Shown: positions 63,523 through 64,000 of the stretch, one piece after another
Numbering within the stretch: position 1 is the first letter of the stretch
Layout of the letters: each line of letters starts with the position of its first letter
Origin: Phycisphaerales bacterium
GTDB taxonomy: Bacteria; Planctomycetota; Phycisphaerae; Phycisphaerales; UBA1924
NCBI GenBank assembly: GCA_047600535.1
Contig: JASGKR010000001.1
Span: forward strand, 2,719,638-2,783,637
Length of the DNA stretch: 64,000 nucleotides
Direction: 5' to 3'
Notes under the pieces: model-generated
Database searches by the model: none
What the model was told of the DNA's origin: nothing
What the model saw: the letters and a program-made list of their open reading frames with translations, nothing else
Position numbers and translations under genes: made by a program

Positions 63523-64000
63523 GGTTGGAAAAAAATTTGCGTGCGCCCGAAATACGGGCTCACAGATCCGCGTGCGGCGCGTACTAAGAGATGGTGGCGG
63601 CACCGCATGCTTTTTGGACGGCCCTCCCGTGCTGTCTTCACCCTACCGCGAAAGCGGATTCAGCATGCGGTCGAGCCACTGTGGCGCATGTTTTGATCGA
63701 CGCTGCGCACCAGCGACAATCGCTGCGCCATGCGCTGATCGAAGGGTGGGGGCGCGGGGACATCACCCGCGCCCCCCACCCCCCACCCCTCCCTCCCCCT
63801 TCCCCCCTTACTTTCGCTTGCCGTCTCCCACTGCGCTTTCTCCACGCCCTGTTGGGCTACAGGGAGGGGCCGCGGGCCTGTCCTGTCGATGTTCGGATAC
63901 GAGGGCACGGCGGCGCAAGCCGTCCAAACGCGCTGTGGATTCCGCCCATTTTGACTTGCACGGCGGTCCGTCACGCGTTAATCTATGGTTGGCTGCACGC

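Noticed and set aside
62545-63603. 352-aa minus-strand ORF opposite the Ser/Thr kinase C-terminal region
   Set aside because: It is an antisense Arg-rich artefact. The plus strand carries the kinase TM and repeat region.

Overview
This is a high-GC (~65%) bacterial chromosomal window. Gene content suggests a Planctomycetota/Phycisphaerae-like organism: C-terminal modules ending in ...FFTGC, ECF-sigma/Ser-Thr-kinase pairs, giant secreted proteins and a split atp operon. That assignment is inference. The window has four parts.

1. Defence island (0-7.5 kb). It carries a CBASS type-III-like operon: a CD-NTase, a small HORMA-sized protein, a TRIP13/Pch2-like AAA+ ATPase and a NucC-like nuclease. 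A fifth, uncharacterised gene is translationally coupled to it. The island also holds an MfnB/DUF556-like TIM-barrel gene, a 546-aa unknown protein with a poly-Lys tail, and an Mrr-cat restriction-nuclease-domain protein. A 1.2-kb non-coding stretch with an unusual repeat hairpin follows.

2. Core housekeeping block. It contains atpZ-I-B-E-F-H with no alpha/gamma/beta/epsilon genes following, then pgk, a PP2C/SpoIIE phosphatase, an M28 peptidase, panC, gcvT, gdx/sugE and an SPFH/flotillin gene.

3. Secreted-protein families. A striking paralogous family of Tat- or Sec-signal right-handed beta-helix proteins has 7 copies, 5 of them tandem at 34.5-40.7 kb. The copies have near-identical 5' coding ends. 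There are also proteins with a PTPGA...RRRR C-terminal sorting-signal variant, and proteins with a duplicated DNNDFIAFI...GC dockerin-like C-terminal module.

4. Lower-GC islet (41.8-44.9 kb). It encodes an HD-domain plus GHKL-ATPase protein and an unknown partner. It is flanked by an HNH nuclease, a DUF2726-like gene and two degenerate tandem tRNA-Pro-like elements. It is a candidate integrated defence islet.

Recurrent non-coding signals include a CACGTGGGGGC-N31-GCCCCCACGT palindrome at three sites, a 144-bp dispersed repeat, 7-8-nt microsatellites and C-rich tracts. There is a tRNA-Asp with a strong bidirectional terminator. At least eight apparent frameshifts sit in secreted-protein and kinase genes. 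They indicate either assembly indel errors or real pseudogenes. No rRNA, CRISPR array or transposase was recognised. Coordinates of non-ORF features read from the sequence lines are approximate (+/- a few nt).
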